Shown one piece after another: positions 47,615-62,778 of a stretch of 64,000 bases of DNA; the stretch's first letter is position 1, and every line of letters starts with the position of its first letter. The position numbers and the translations under genes were made by a program. The notes below the pieces were generated by a model, which saw only the letters and a list, made by a program, of their open reading frames with translations, searched no databases and had not been told where the DNA came from. Where the stretch lies: NCBI GenBank assembly GCA_030770535.1, contig JASVEC010000002.1, forward strand, positions 1,736,001-1,800,000, in the 5' to 3' direction. This stretch comes from Batkoa obscura (Eukaryota).

Positions 47615-49147
47615 TTAGTTTAAGTATTTAGGTTGATTGCTGATCACTGCTGGTTGCCATTTAATTTTACCAGGTTGAATAACGCGTTTACTTTTTTTGT
47701 TTTTTTGTTTGGCATAAGACTCTACCAAAGTATCTGATAAATAAATAACATATTCATTTCTATAATATCTTAAAGCACCAATAGAGAATAAAGTATGAAT
47801 AATATCTTGAGTTGTAAATGAAGTTATCAAAGAAAGGTTTTCAATTGAAACACTAGATTTAGGTTCTGCTTCTTTCATGTTTAATAATATTTCAATAATC
47901 GTATCCGTCCAAAAAGCACGATAAGATAATAACCCTAAATCAGATAATGGTTTTTCTGGTGATCCTACCTTTTTTTCAATTTTTGATAACTCATAGCTAA
48001 ATTGTATAAGTAAACGGCCAAAACCCTTCCTTTGATATTGAGGTAAAGTTAGAATACAAGCCAAATTATAATTTTCTAAACTTTCTTTTTCTTTTGAAAA
48101 ATAACCTATCATATGACAACCATGAGCATCGTTTTGAGTCATTACATAAAATAAAAAGGGATCCACATCATAATAAAGGGTTTTATGATCTAAAAATAAT
48201 TTGGACAATAAACATAACCATCGACAATATTTCTTTTGGAGTCGACCATCCAACTCAAAAAAGGATATGTCTCCACTACGATAAATTTCTCTTCCAGGTG
48301 GATGTTTTAAAGTACATTTTGCTCTATGACGACCAAACTGAGTTATATTTTTAAGTGGTATAAGACAAAACTCACATAAATAGATCTTATCTGAGTGAGC
48401 CATTTCTGGTGGGTAAGGTGAAAAGTACCAAGATTCCACTTCATATTTACCCATAACTATATTATTTAAATTTTTGACCCTAGATATTTCATGAATATTT
48501 TGGGTCATTGAACCTGAAGTTCTTAACCTTTCAAGTTCTTTTTTCTTAGCGCTTTTTTCTTCTTCTTCTCCTGGTGCACCCCAATAACTTCCATCCAATT
48601 GGTCTTTTTTTCTGAGCGCTGGTGAGTCTTTACCATTTGTTTTAAACTGGACCGCATTAGTTAGCGTTTTTTCTAAGTCATCTAAAGAGTGAGAACCTTC
48701 TACGCCACCTGTTGGTGGTTTTGTGCCTTTTGGGTATTCAATGGGGTGCGACAAATCTAATCGATTAAAAGGCACCCATTCGTCTAATCTTTTATTAAAC
48801 TCACAATAATGAACATAAAACTCTAAACCACCAGCTTCAGTTTGTTCTTCAAACGCCTTTTTTCTAACGGATAAAATTTCTGCTTTCCTGTATTCTCCTT
48901 CTTCTTCGTCTCTCCTATGCTTTTTAAAGACCAATAATTTACATCCGATCAAAATATGCTTTAATATAATTTTTAATTGTCGATAACTTAGTTTTGAAAT
49001 ATTAGGTGTTAACTCGCTGATGGGTAGTAATTCTTCTTCAATTTCTTCTTTGATGATTAATGGTAATGCCTTGTCTACATCTATCCTTGGGGTTATACTC
49101 CGTCCTTCTTTTTCCACATTTAGTTTTTGTTTCTTGGTGATGACCAT
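47615..49147 (-). CDS. ESA1: MYST histone acetyltransferase Esa1/Tip60
   Basis: Tudor-knot FYVHYCEFNKRLDEWV; LRTSGSMTQ; WYFSPYP; C2HC finger; LLSKLFLDHKTLYYDVDPFLFY; CILTLPQYQRKGFG; GSPEKPLSDLGLLSY. Confidence 0.96.
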   Translation of the reverse strand: MVITKKQKLNVEKEGRSITPRIDVDKALPLIIKEEIEEELLPISELTPNISKLSYRQLKIILKHILIGCKLLVFKKHRRDEEEGEYRKAEILSVRKKAFEEQTEAGGLEFYVHYCEFNKRLDEWVPFNRLDLSHPIEYPKGTKPPTGGVEGSHSLDDLEKTLTNAVQFKTNGKDSPALRKKDQLDGSYWGAPGEEEEKSAKKKELERLRTSGSMTQNIHEISRVKNLNNIVMGKYEVESWYFSPYPPEMAHSDKIYLCEFCLIPLKNITQFGRHRAKCTLKHPPGREIYRSGDISFFELDGRLQKKYCRWLCLLSKLFLDHKTLYYDVDPFLFYVMTQNDAHGCHMIGYFSKEKESLENYNLACILTLPQYQRKGFGRLLIQFSYELSKIEKKVGSPEKPLSDLGLLSYRAFWTDTIIEILLNMKEAEPKSSVSIENLSLITSFTTQDIIHTLFSIGALRYYRNEYVIYLSDTLVESYAKQKNKKSKRVIQPGKIKWQPAVISNQPKYLN

Positions 49148-49590
49148 TGCTTACTTTGAGGTATTGCCTTTAGAAGGCTTAGCCAAACCTACATACAATC
49201 TCTTTAATACTTTTGTTTGATTGGTTTATATGTTTTTAAACTAATCAGATTGGTCAGTTAGAATTTAAAACATTTAGATTGACTTTATCTCTCATTTTGA
49301 TCATTTTAAATAACTATTAGTTTTACATGACTCATTCTTATACAAATGGCTGCTTATATATCTATACTATAGATTCTCCCTTACAGTAAGGAGCGTTGTA
49401 TCATGTAGTAATATACACCTTATTATTTTATTTAACGTTTATGGTGTTATCATTTAAGCAAATATAGCTTACACTATTTTTTGATTGATTAAGCCAATTA
49501 AAATCAAGTTTAATTTAATTCCCATAAAAAACTGAATTTAAATATTTTAAAAACTCAATCCGTTTTTAATCAAAATATTAATAATAAACA

Positions 49591-50075
49591 ATGTTACATT
49601 TATTTGGAGTGAATTTACCGGATAAAAAAGTAGTTCGAGTAGCCTTAACTTACATCTATGGTATCGGGCCTATGACAGCCGAAAAGATATGTCATCAATT
49701 ATATATCCATAGAGAATGTAAATTGAAAGAGTTAGATGAAAATAAAATTAATCAACTTTCAGAAGTATTATCAAAATTAACTATTCAACAAGATTTGAAA
49801 AGACAAGAAAATAAAAATATCCAAGGTTTAAAAAGTATCAATTGTTATGTTGGTAGAAGACACGCTATGGGTTATCCAGTTCATGGCCAAAGAACCCGTA
49901 ATAATTGTAAAACAGCTAAAAGATTAAATTCTAAAAGAGGGTTTATGAGGTAAATGATTATTGAAATTAAATCTGTTCTTTGATATTTAATAATAATACT
50001 TTTATTTTTTATAGTATCGCTGAGAGTATTAAATCCCCTATACAACGCTTTTTGGAGTTTAAATATGAAAATTAG
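49591..50075 (+). CDS. SWS2: Mitochondrial ribosomal protein uS13m (Sws2)
   Basis: GVNLPDKKVVRVALTYIYGIG..CYVGRRHAMGYPVHGQRTRNN. A probable short last exon at 50015-50075 follows a GT..TAG intron; otherwise the gene ends at 49953. Confidence 0.9.
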
Positions 50076-50496
50076 AATTAAACTAATAGATTTAAAATGC
50101 TTGTTTGAGATTTGTTTTTTCAATTTATTGTTATTAATATGTAATGGGTTTTTAATTGGAATTTGAGAGGTTTTTTGATTCTTATTATTTTTAAATATAA
50201 TTAATACTATTTAATTAAGTGGTTATATTTATTTAAACATAATCCCAATTGTTATTTTGAACTAATATTTGATATTCAATAATGTTTTAAAAATCATTTT
50301 AAAGTTATTTCACAATTATTTAATATTTTAATATGAATACCGCTGTTTATTATCAATTACATCTTGTTTTAAATTAATATATTAAGTTAATAACTTCAAT
50401 TTATTATTTTTTCTGAAACATTTATAACATAATGATTTTATTATTGTTTATATTAAAATAATTAAAAATAGATAATATTTAAAACAACCAACATAT

Positions 50497-50594
50497 GGAG
50501 ATGTATTTTTTTATTTAAGAATTTTATTAATAATCTTTCTACTCAAATAGCACTTGAAAAATAGAAAAAGTGATCAAACTAAAAAAACATCACC
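50497..50594 (-). mobile_element. MITE family A copy
   Basis: Reverse consensus match; ATAT target duplication. Confidence 0.85.
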
Positions 50595-50710
50595 ATATGC
50601 TTATTTAATGAGCAAAAACATGAAATTCAACAATTTAACAAACCAAAAAAATATTCAATGAACTTAAAGTTTTAATAATAGCAATAAAATTATGGTCTAA
50701 GAACCACCAT

Positions 50711-51846
50711 TTAAGCTCTATTAAAAGTACGACCACTATATTAAAAAAAGATCAGCAAACCAACAAACAAATTATAATATATCAACTTACCTAGCAGTTT
50801 TTCTTTCGTTTTTTTGTTTATCAGGAACAGAACGATTCAGTACCTTTAAAAAGTCGCTGACTTTAGCACGCATACGAGAATGCATATAAGCTTTAGAGCA
50901 TTTAATATGATAATGTAAATAATCTCTAAAAGTTTGTATAATATTGATACTCTTTTCACGTGTTTCTAAATCTTTACTATGACGTTCATTGAAGACTAAA
51001 GAGAAATAAAAAATAATCGATTATAAAAAAAAGTCAAAAACGAGTTGAAATGAAACTTACCAAAAGTGACATAGCCCACATTATCTTGAGGAATAACCCC
51101 TTGAATATCACGAATTTCCAATGGTGGTTCACGATTCGAATAAAGTACTTGAGGAGCATTTTGAACAGTAGGGTCGCGTCTAGCGTCTACAAATTCTTGT
51201 AAAAAAACTTTAGCAAAAATTTGATCCATTTCTTCTTTAAAATAAGTTGAAAAGATAACAGTAACACGATCTCCCAGAGCTTGGATAAAAATTTTTTCTT
51301 CTTCACGATAATTGATTAACATTGGTGAACTACTATTGCCTCGGAGTTGATCTTGAAATGCTTTGTCAAATGGGGCTGAGAAACAGTAAGCTTTTAATTT
51401 GCCTACTTCTTTTATTAAGGATTCTATAGTAGATTAGAGGTTAATAACAGCATACTACGCATAACTATAAAGAAATAAAATTTACCTTTATCTTCAGGTA
51501 AGTTATTTAAGTCAAATTTTAAAGTGAAGTCATAGCTTGACTCAGGTGGATTTTGAATATAATTTTGATATTTTTCATTTAATAACTCTTCAGCACCATA
51601 AGAGCTTAGTTCTTTAAAACAAGCCCAACTTAAAGATACTAATACAACATCTTTACTTTCTTCATCAGTAGAGATATGAAATTTGACTTTATCAAAGTCA
51701 ACTAATTGAATATTAAAAGCTTCTCTTTTTTCACTGAAATAAAAGAGTTAGTTATAGGTTTTAAAAAAGAATAATTTATGTTACGCTTCAAATCTTCTTC
51801 GGAGCGTATCTTCCAATAAGGCATTATGGGTTTCTAATAATATCAT
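50711..51846 (-). CDS. ARPC2: Arp2/3 complex 34-kDa subunit, multi-exon
   Basis: MILLE.., [78 protein letters not shown]. Confidence 0.95.
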
Positions 51847-52619
51847 TTTTTTTGAAGTTAATAAAAATAATGAATTTTTTTTCTTGGATGGCTTATGATG
51901 ATATCAAATTGAGTTTGATAGTAACCAATCATAGTTGATATTTTTATTTTAGCTAAATTTTTCATATCGAATAATGTAAAAAGAACAATTTGAAAAAACA
52001 AGTCCAAGAAAATCAAAAATAAATTAAAACGTTTAGAATTCAATTTACTTATCTTTTTTATTATTATAGTAGGTTGGTTGTGTTGATAAGACATATTGAA
52101 AGATAATATTTATATAGATATATCCATTATTCATGAAACATTTAGGGTCAGATTGGATAAAAGCAGAGAGGGCAGAATATGACTTAATATAAGAGGAATA
52201 TGATATATATGCGTTGTTAGCGAAAGATGAAAATAACTTAATAAAGCAAACTCAATCTGATCGATGTATTGTCAAATAAAGATGCTCGAAAATGAGACAA
52301 ACGAATAAAACTTGAACTTATTATTGGGATTTCAGACATTAGGTCTTGGATAAATGGTGAAGGAATATTTGTGATGAGGAAGTAGAAAAACAATTTTGAT
52401 AGAGAACCAATGAGCCACTTTGAAGAAAACATTAACCAAAAGATTTATAAATATATATAAACTTGTTTTTTTACTGATATATTCTTCCAACCTTAAGTTT
52501 ATCGAACTTTTTTTCAGATATGAAGAAACTATTTGGGCAATTAATCTTCGCTTTTAAGACTTAATAAAAAAAAAAAAAAACAGTTTTTATTTTCTAACAA
52601 ATTTTATTAATTTATAAAG

Positions 52620-53845
52620 ATGAATTATGATACTACACAACATGAGAATTATGATATATCCTGGCCCATAAATGATGATTTAATTAGAGGTATCTTAAAC
52701 TTAAAACAGAATAGTATTAATATACTATTGACTAAATAAATATATTGTTTACTTGATGACTAAAACAAAAAAACTAGATCAAAACTACCAAGGAAGTTAT
52801 TATATACCCGAAAACAATGTTAGCGACTATTTAACTTATGCACAAATATCATCAACGAATGTACCTATATCAGAACATCAACCAACTAAGCAAAATTTAA
52901 GAGAGGTAAAATAAAAAGAAACAGAATTGATTACAATAATAATTAAGATAATAATTTAATATAAAATAAGATTTGTACCTTTTTCTTAAAAGGCTCCTGC
53001 CGATATGGTAAATTTTGTCGAAATGCTCATGCGGAAGTATGTAATTCATGTCACAATTACATATTACATCCTGATAAACCAGATGCTGAACACACAGGTA
53101 AAAAATTATTACACAAATATTTATATTATTAGTTGTATTTAATCTTTATCTTATTATTGCTATTTTAGAACATATAAGAAACTGTACACCAATTAAAACT
53201 TTTGACGAAAGTAAAGACATAGAATGCTGTATTTGTATGGAAAAAGTATTATCAACCAAATGTGGTAGATTCGGTTTATTAAGTAAGTTTTCATTTATGT
53301 TATTAGTTGTATTTTTAAATTTCTATTTTTCTTTATTCATTTGTTATATTTAGATTGTGAGCATCCATTTTGTTTATCTTGTATAAGACAATGGAGAACC
53401 AATACGATATTAGATAATAATGTTATTAGATCATGTCCTATATGGTAAAAAACCAACATTTCAATTATTTATATGAAATATATTTAATTCTTTTATTAAG
53501 TCGAGATATTACATATTTTATAACCCCTTCATTAATTTGGGTAGCTGATAAAGAAGAAAAAGAAAAAATCATTGATGCTTACAAATCAAAACTAAAGTAA
53601 CTTAATAATATATTAAATTTAGATTTATTAATATATTATTTTTTATTCTAAATAGACAAATACCATGTCGCTATTTTGATTCAGGGCGAGGGGAATGTCC
53701 ATTTGGTTCCTCATGTTTTTATATTCATCAATACCCAGATGGGAGTTATCAAGAATTAGAGATTAGAAAAGCTAAAAACTCAGAAGAAGAAACCTTAATT
53801 TTAAATCAACCAAAATTGAATCAATTTTTAAATCATATATTTTAA
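52620..53845 (+). CDS. Makorin-type CCCH zinc finger / RING E3 ligase, multi-exon
   Basis: [88 protein letters not shown]. The start exon is inferred from an open frame and GT-AG sites. Confidence 0.9.
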
Positions 53846-54034
53846 TAGATTGATAGATAACTAGGAAGAGTTTTTTTTGGATATGCATAAATTTTTAACT
53901 ATATAAACTATAATTATTAAAAGAAGATAATATTAATACTAATTTATATTTATTCTATTTTTTTATCTTTTATTATCAATGTTACTATTGGTTATCTCCT
54001 AATATTGTTAATACGCTATACTATTTATTCTATC

Positions 54035-54793
54035 CTATTCCATCATTTCTACCTCTTGTACTTTTGGAATTTCTGAAGTTTCTTTAGCTTCTTGTACTTT
54101 TATATTTCCTGGTTTGATATTTAATTTTTTAATACTAGTTATTGAATTCCAATCCCCATCCCATTCCCTATAATATATATATTATCGATAAAAAACAGTT
54201 GCATCATGTAATAGTTAACTTACTTTAAAGTTTGAACATTATTTTTATTTGTGAGGTCAGGGATTTCTATATAATTAAGAACATAATTAATACTTTGATT
54301 CTTATTGTTGTAAATTTACTTACCAAGCCCATTTTTTACATATTCTTCACGGTCTTTTAATTGTTTTAACTTTATTATATCTTCTTTAAAACTTTTGCCT
54401 TTTTTAAATTCTAAATCGGAATCTTCTCGATTTAAATATCTATTTATATAAATTTAAATTTAAATAATATTATAGTGATAATAAGCCTACTCTTCAATTA
54501 ACTCTCTAATTTCAACTAATGTCAATACTTTTTTATCTTCATCCATGGCATATTTAAACCATAAATATTTATCGGCAACTAAAAAAAATCACTTTCATTA
54601 ACACCTCATTTATCTCAATGATAGTAAAACACTTACTAGCTGCTTGCCAACCTTTTAAAACTTTGGTCTTTTTGCCATCTAATTTATCCATACGATTAAC
54701 AGCTCTAGCCAATTGCTTTGCTTTTCTAGAATATGGGTGACATCCTTCCTTCTTTTTAATATCTTTAACATTCAATTTTTTATTGTTAGGCAT
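54035..54793 (-). CDS. TMA16: Translation machinery-associated protein 16, multi-exon
   Basis: HPYSRKAKQLARAVNR..KL; F.WFK; YLNRED; EEY..GL.IPDLT...V..L.EWDG. Confidence 0.85.
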
Positions 54794-55223
54794 CTTTTAA
54801 AACTCAGGTTTTGGTTGAAATTAATTTTTGCTTTTTTTGAATTAATTTTTTAATATTTTTTTGGAGTGGTTTAAATTCAATGGACCAATCATTTTGGTTA
54901 TATTTTCATTTTTGAATTTCTATTTTGAATCTTACAAAATACAATTGATGAGATAATTAAAGACTACTCTAATTAACACAAAAATACTTATAAAATTAAA
55001 ATCACAGCTATAAATTAACTGAATTGTTTTATTTTACAAAGGCAGTAATAACAATTAATAAACTTGGATAAATAAAATTAGAGGAAAGAATTATCACTTT
55101 TTGTTCATAGGAAGAAACATCGGCAATAAAATAAAAGCATCAACATTGATAAATTAAATAGTCTTCTTTTTTTTAAGGCAACATCATTGAAATAAATATA
55201 GATTATAGAAACTATCTTATTTC

Positions 55224-56876
55224 TTATTTATGAAACACTTTAATAAAGGATTCAGATAATTTTCTTAAATGTTTCCTTATACGATCCTAAATAAAATAAT
55301 CAATTATTTAATTAATAAAAGAATAAAATTAAAATTTACTTTAAGTGTGACTGCCCTTTTAACTTCTTCTTCAGTAACCTCAATATTAGGATATTGACTT
55401 GGATCTCCATCTTTGGTATATTGTTCTACATCATCTAAATCTTTAATGATCCAAGGATGAAGTTTAGCTTGCTCCAAAGATAATCGTTTACTTGGATCTT
55501 TTTCTAATAATTTAATTATAAGATCTTCTAATTCAGGATCGGATGGTATATCTTTTGGAAATTCTAATGGTTTGACCGGTATAATTTCAAATAACTCATA
55601 TTCCGATTCTGCCATAAAAGGGGGTTTACCATAAGCCATACAATAAAGAGTAATACCTAAAGCCCATATATCAATGGCTGAGGTGATACGTGGACGTGGA
55701 CAATTTTCTTCACCAGACCAACATAATTCTGGGGCAAAAAAAGCAGGTGATCCAGCTGTTTTAGCTAATTCTAATTCATCTTCATCAATTGAATTTCGAT
55801 TCATTAAATTCATGGATGGAAAATGTTGAAGTTCACTTAATGGTGAGGCCGATAGCACGGAGCTTTCTTCCATTGAACTAGTAGTTGAGCTTGGTCGTTC
55901 AGAGGCAAGACTAAATGTTAGAGATGGTTGACGACGACAAAAAGAAACGCCAAAGTCAGATATTTTTATTGTTCCGTCTGATGACCATAATAGATTAGCT
56001 GGTTTAATATCCCTATGAATAATGCCTTGATTATGAAGGTATTGTAAACCAGAAATAACACCACGCATAACGTGACGTATAGTATCTTTATCTAATATTG
56101 GTATATCTGAATCCTTTTCATGGAAATGGACTTCTCCACCATCCATATATTCTAATACCATATATATCTTCTTAGAAGTTGGATCATCGATTACCTCTTT
56201 TAATCCAACTACATTTGGGTGATCACATTTTTTTAAGATAGCTATTTCTTTATGAACTTTAGCTAATTGTGTTGATATTATAGATCGACTTCCTAACCTA
56301 CGTCGAGTATTTTTTTGTACTATCTTAATAGCCTAAAAAAATTAAGCACTTAATAAAAACAAGCATAACAAGATAATAACTTACCACCAATTCTTGAGTC
56401 CTTGTATCTCTACCTAACTTAACTTTACCATGACAACCACGACCTAACTCTTTTAATATTTCATAATGGTTTAACATCTTATTACCAGTGACTGGATCAT
56501 AATCTACCTTCATTGTATTTGTTTCCCTGATAGGAGTGGGAGGGGAATTAGAAGGCGAATTTTTTGTTGGTGAATTTGAATTATAAGAAGTGGATTGAGT
56601 AACGTTTTTACCAGGAACAGCTAATGGTTTTGATTCTTGAATTGAATCATCAATAGGTGAAAGAAACTGTGGCGAAGCTGATAAATAATTTCGATTTTGT
56701 AATGTTGATATTTTGATACTTGATGGACTTAAACTTTCTTGAATAGTATATGGATCTTCAAAACTGCCTTTCCATGAACCTTCATTTTCTTGAACAAAGT
56801 GAGTATTTAAATATAAACCTTTTTCACTATGTCCCATTGAATTTGTTGAAAGTATCTCCTTGGTCTGCATTAGCAT
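55224..56876 (-). CDS. Ser/Thr kinase of the CaMKK / Ssp1-Sak1-Tos3 type (three exons)
   Basis: DYDPVTGNKMLNHYEILKELGRGCHGKVKLG; AIKIV; EIAILKKCDHPNVV; HRDIKPANLL; KISDFGVS; ELAKTAGSPAFFAPELC; DIWALGITLYC. Confidence 0.92.
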
Positions 56877-58111
56877 GCTTTATTGACAATGATTATTTAT
56901 TTAGAACGCAACAATAAGAATAGTAATTTTAATGTTTTAATAAATTACTATAAACTACAAATTAGTTAAAGAAACAGTTTAAGGGTTGATTTTGAATTTA
57001 TTTCTACTTAAGAAAGTTTAGTTTAAAAGCGTTAAAATTGGAGAGAATACCATTTGATATTTAGTTCTTTTGACATGTTCAAATGTTTTCTTGGTTAATT
57101 TAACTTTGGATTCACCCATTTTTAGAACCTATGAAGAATGAGCTATAGACTACAATATGATTTCATTTGTACTCCATATTAGCTTTGCAAGGTTCCAGAT
57201 AATTGAATATTTATGGAATTGTGCTGTTTAGAAGTCAGGTGTTTAAGCCTTAATTATTGTCATAAAATAACAAATTATGAGGGAATATACTAGTCATGGC
57301 GTTAAATTGATTGGTTAGGATTATCAATTTTAACATCTTTATCATTTGATTAGTAAATATACCCAAGCCTAAATTTTATCAATTTGGTAATAAATCATAC
57401 AAATTCATTATTACAAAACCTATGACATCTCCTTATGTAATTTAAAGCGAGCTAATAAAGTAATTAAATTTAAATGTGCTTTAAATAGCGATAAATTTTA
57501 GAATTTAATTTGATGCTGCCCGCCTAACTCAGTCTAATAGTCGGATTTTTATTCTAAAATAAATAGCTATAAATCCCCAAGTCAACTTTGAAAGCTATAA
57601 TCCTAATTTATTAATTGGGTTGTTCAATTTTCCATCATTTACTTTTTAATGGCTTGACCAATTTTATAACTTAAAGAAAGGGTTTATTATTGGTGCAATT
57701 TTAATAATTCTTCCATATTTCATCAATGAAAATTACTTATGAAAGTTAATGCAGAATTGCTTCCTTTTTAAAAATTTAATAAATCGCTTTTTATGACATT
57801 TGAGTTTTTAAAAAAGCTTGTAAAATTAAATCATTAATAAAACATAGTTAATATTACTATAAATAGTACTGACAGTGTTACAATATCAATTTGAACAATT
57901 CTTTAAATAACTTTATTTTTCCATAGTATGTATTGGGACAATAGGTATATAATGTAGCTTGTTTATGAAAATACCATTGGAAGTGTTTTATATGCTATTA
58001 AAGAATAATGTTCAACGTATAAGAATATTTTCCTTGGTTTCACTGTCAATTTTTTATTCAGCAAAAATGTTTACTAAAAATTTTGAAACAGAAAATGGCG
58101 TTTTTACACTT

Positions 58112-58205
58112 GGGGATGTATTTTTTTGAGAATTTTACTAACAATTTTTCCACTCAAATAGCGCTTAATAGATAGAAAAAGTAATAAAGCCAAAAAAATA
58201 TCTCC
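58112..58205 (-). mobile_element. MITE family A copy
   Basis: Reverse consensus match; ACTT target duplication. Confidence 0.88.
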
Positions 58206-58363
58206 ACTTGTTGTGACTTGATAATTAATAATCAAAAAATAAAAAATTGAAACTATTAAATGTAATAAAATAAATAACGTATATATTAACTATAGTAATA
58301 ACGAATTGATTTTTGTATCAGCTAAATAAAAATATTTTAAAAGTCATGTTAATTATAGCATAT

Positions 58364-58460
58364 GGGAGTGTTTTTTTAACTTCATTATTTTTTCCATTTT
58401 TTAAGCACTATTTAGCGGAAAAATTGTTAGTAAAATCCTTAGACACAAAAATACATCCCC
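58364..58460 (+). mobile_element. MITE family A copy
   Basis: Consensus match; ATAT target duplication. Confidence 0.88.
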
Positions 58461-58736
58461 ATATAGTTGAATAACGATAACATAGATAATGGAAACGAAC
58501 AAACTTTAAGTTTTAAATAAATAAAAATTGATTTAATTTGTTTAGCTGTTTTGTAAACGCTATTCATATTAAGCTATTTTGTATAACTATTCTAAATGGC
58601 TTAAAATAATAATAAATATACTTCATACACAAAGGAATAAAAGTTTTATTTTCTAACTTTACTTGATACTTATTAATATACAGCTAAAAGCTTGTTTTTA
58701 TTTAAAAAGCGCTTCTATTTTATAAAGGATATTTTC

Positions 58737-60810
58737 AATCACTTTGAATCCAGGGTTCTGTTTGATTCCCATAAGCATGAGAAGAGTTAGTGTAAAGAAT
58801 TAAAGGATGTATATATTTATCAATATTATTGCCATAGAAAGCTACGACTCCTAATCCAGAATGATTTATTCTAATCACTTCTTCAGATTGATACTCTTTT
58901 TCATCCTCATCATATCTGCATTTCTCTCAATATTCATCCTTATATAGAGTTACATCTCCCTTTAAATGAATATTAATTTAAATAAAGTGCGCTATTTCAA
59001 ATTTATCATACTGCTTTTGAAAAAGTATGACTTCTACAATAAAACTACGAACCAGTACCGTATTCTCTATTTGTTACTCTAATATTTGACTCATATTTTT
59101 CTATTTTAATATTTGATCCATTTTTTCCTGATTTTATCATGTTCGATTTATCTATGTTCGATTTATCTATGTTCGATATGTTTTGTTTATACAGCTCTAA
59201 TGTCTCATAAATAGTCTACAATGATAAAATAAATAATACGTGGATGTTTTTTTGCCTTCATCACTTTTTCCATTTTTTAAGCGCTGTTTGGGCGGAAAGA
59301 TTGGTAGTAAAAGCCTTAAACAAAAAATACATCATCATATGATATTTTACCTAAATTCACTTTACAATAGCTTAGTGAACCAACTCTTAATGATATCCAG
59401 TCATAAAAAATTTCCTTAAAGGTTTTTATGGATTTCTGGTACTTTCTAAAACTAAAGTGTATATTTACCTGGGTATCAGTAATGAGTCAATTCATACTTG
59501 AATATTTTAAACAATTGGCTCTATTCTTAATACGGAGATAGTTGCTATTTCATGACTATGGAAAATTAATTATAAGTCATTTTTATAAGCATTTGGACAA
59601 AGCTGTTTTAAAAACCCTTCTCTATAAACCATTTTTTTAAATTTCCTAAACCGGGTGTCTTTATATAAGTGATTAGACTAAAATGGTTTTTAAAGTTATT
59701 ATCTGATATATCATATCCCCATTAATAATTGAATCTGGATCGAAATACTTGTCTATCTTGTTTACAAGGGGTTTGTGTCTTTAACTCGGTTTTTTTGGAA
59801 ATGGACAAGAGGTAGCTAAAGCTACCTATTGGATAGATGGTTTATTTTTAGAATATAATTAATTTGCTTTGACTAAAGAAAACTTACACCTATGGAGAAT
59901 ACTATAAACGCTTCCCAGGATACCAAATATATCCAAAAACGCCTTCAAGTCTCTAAGGAAAGATCTACCCAAGTTACAAACTTTATCATCTGTCTCGTCT
60001 TTAATCTCATAATCATTGTTATTTAACTCATCTTTCACACCTCAATTCTTGCTGTCTGACTCATCGTTTGCTTTACAATTTTTGATGTTTGAATCAACAT
60101 TTATTTCGAGTTTTATATCGTTATCCACCACATTTAATTTTGTAAAATCTTGAATAAGGGTAATTCAAATAATTAACAAGCAATATTTTGGTTTAAAACA
60201 AGCTCACATTTTCTATTGATTCACAATCAAAATCAACATTATTTACTGTCAACTATTAAATCTGAATAATCAAATTAAATGCCAAGTTAGAGGATTCTAT
60301 AACAACTCTTAAAAAGTAGGATAAAACAACAACACGAGTTTAACATGCATAAAATCATAGTATATGCTAGGGATAGCTATGAATATGCTTTCATCTGCTT
60401 TGATAGCTTTGGCCTAAAATATCAATATAAAACTTAAATTAAAACTTTAGTTACGTCTGTTTTTTCATATACAATAAATATTTTCGAACAATCTATAGAC
60501 AGTTTACTCAGTAACCAATTCTTATTCATATTATAACTTGTAGATAACCTTCTTCGAAGATAGTTCTATTATCTAAAATATAAATAAAAATTACCGTTTT
60601 GTCTATTTATTTGTTTTATTCACTATCTTTAAATTTCACTGTCATCGTGATACTTTAAGTATGCTACTGAAAATTTTCTATCCAAACAACTAACCTGGTA
60701 GGTAGATTGGGTTTCCTCTACCAATTTATTATCGCTACTTATCTTTATAATATCTTCATAAAAATATATGTTTTATTTCTTGTGCTACCGTTGAATACCT
60801 TTTTCACTTA
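58737..60810 (-). pseudogene. Lineage-specific multi-exon gene relic, paralog 2
   Basis: Last exon GLGVVAFYGNNIDKYIHPLILY..QTEPWIQSD* matches paralog 1. Upstream exons contain stops, and a MITE is inserted. Boundaries are approximate. Confidence 0.55.
59242..59336 (+). mobile_element. MITE family A copy inside the pseudogene
   Basis: Consensus match; absent from the paralogous site near 46910. Confidence 0.85.
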
Positions 60811-61012
60811 TTTTGAAAATAAAAAATAGTAAAATGAGTTGATGTTTACAATAATTCGAGTTTTTATAACAAATTCGAAAATTGCTTAGAAATGAAGTAG
60901 CTATTAAGTGTAAAATCATGCCTACATGAATGCTATTTAAACAGTTATGTAAATATAATAAAATGTTAGTTGAATTACGTTTAGTTATTTTATTTTGATT
61001 CTATTTAGTCTT

Positions 61013-62778
<1,766 letters not shown>

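Noticed and set aside
47615..49147. Intronless ESA1 as a retrocopy
   Set aside because: Other ordinary genes here are also intronless (DUF1769-like, TSPO), and I see no poly-A remnant or target duplication.
59138..59178. ATGTTCGATTTATCT repeated ~2.6 times
   Set aside because: Small slippage repeat inside a pseudogene; no sign of function.
3361..59336. Dispersed ~97-bp repeats as a CRISPR array or regulatory RNA family
   Set aside because: Eukaryotic context, irregular spacing, both orientations, terminal inverted repeats and 4-bp target duplications all indicate a MITE.
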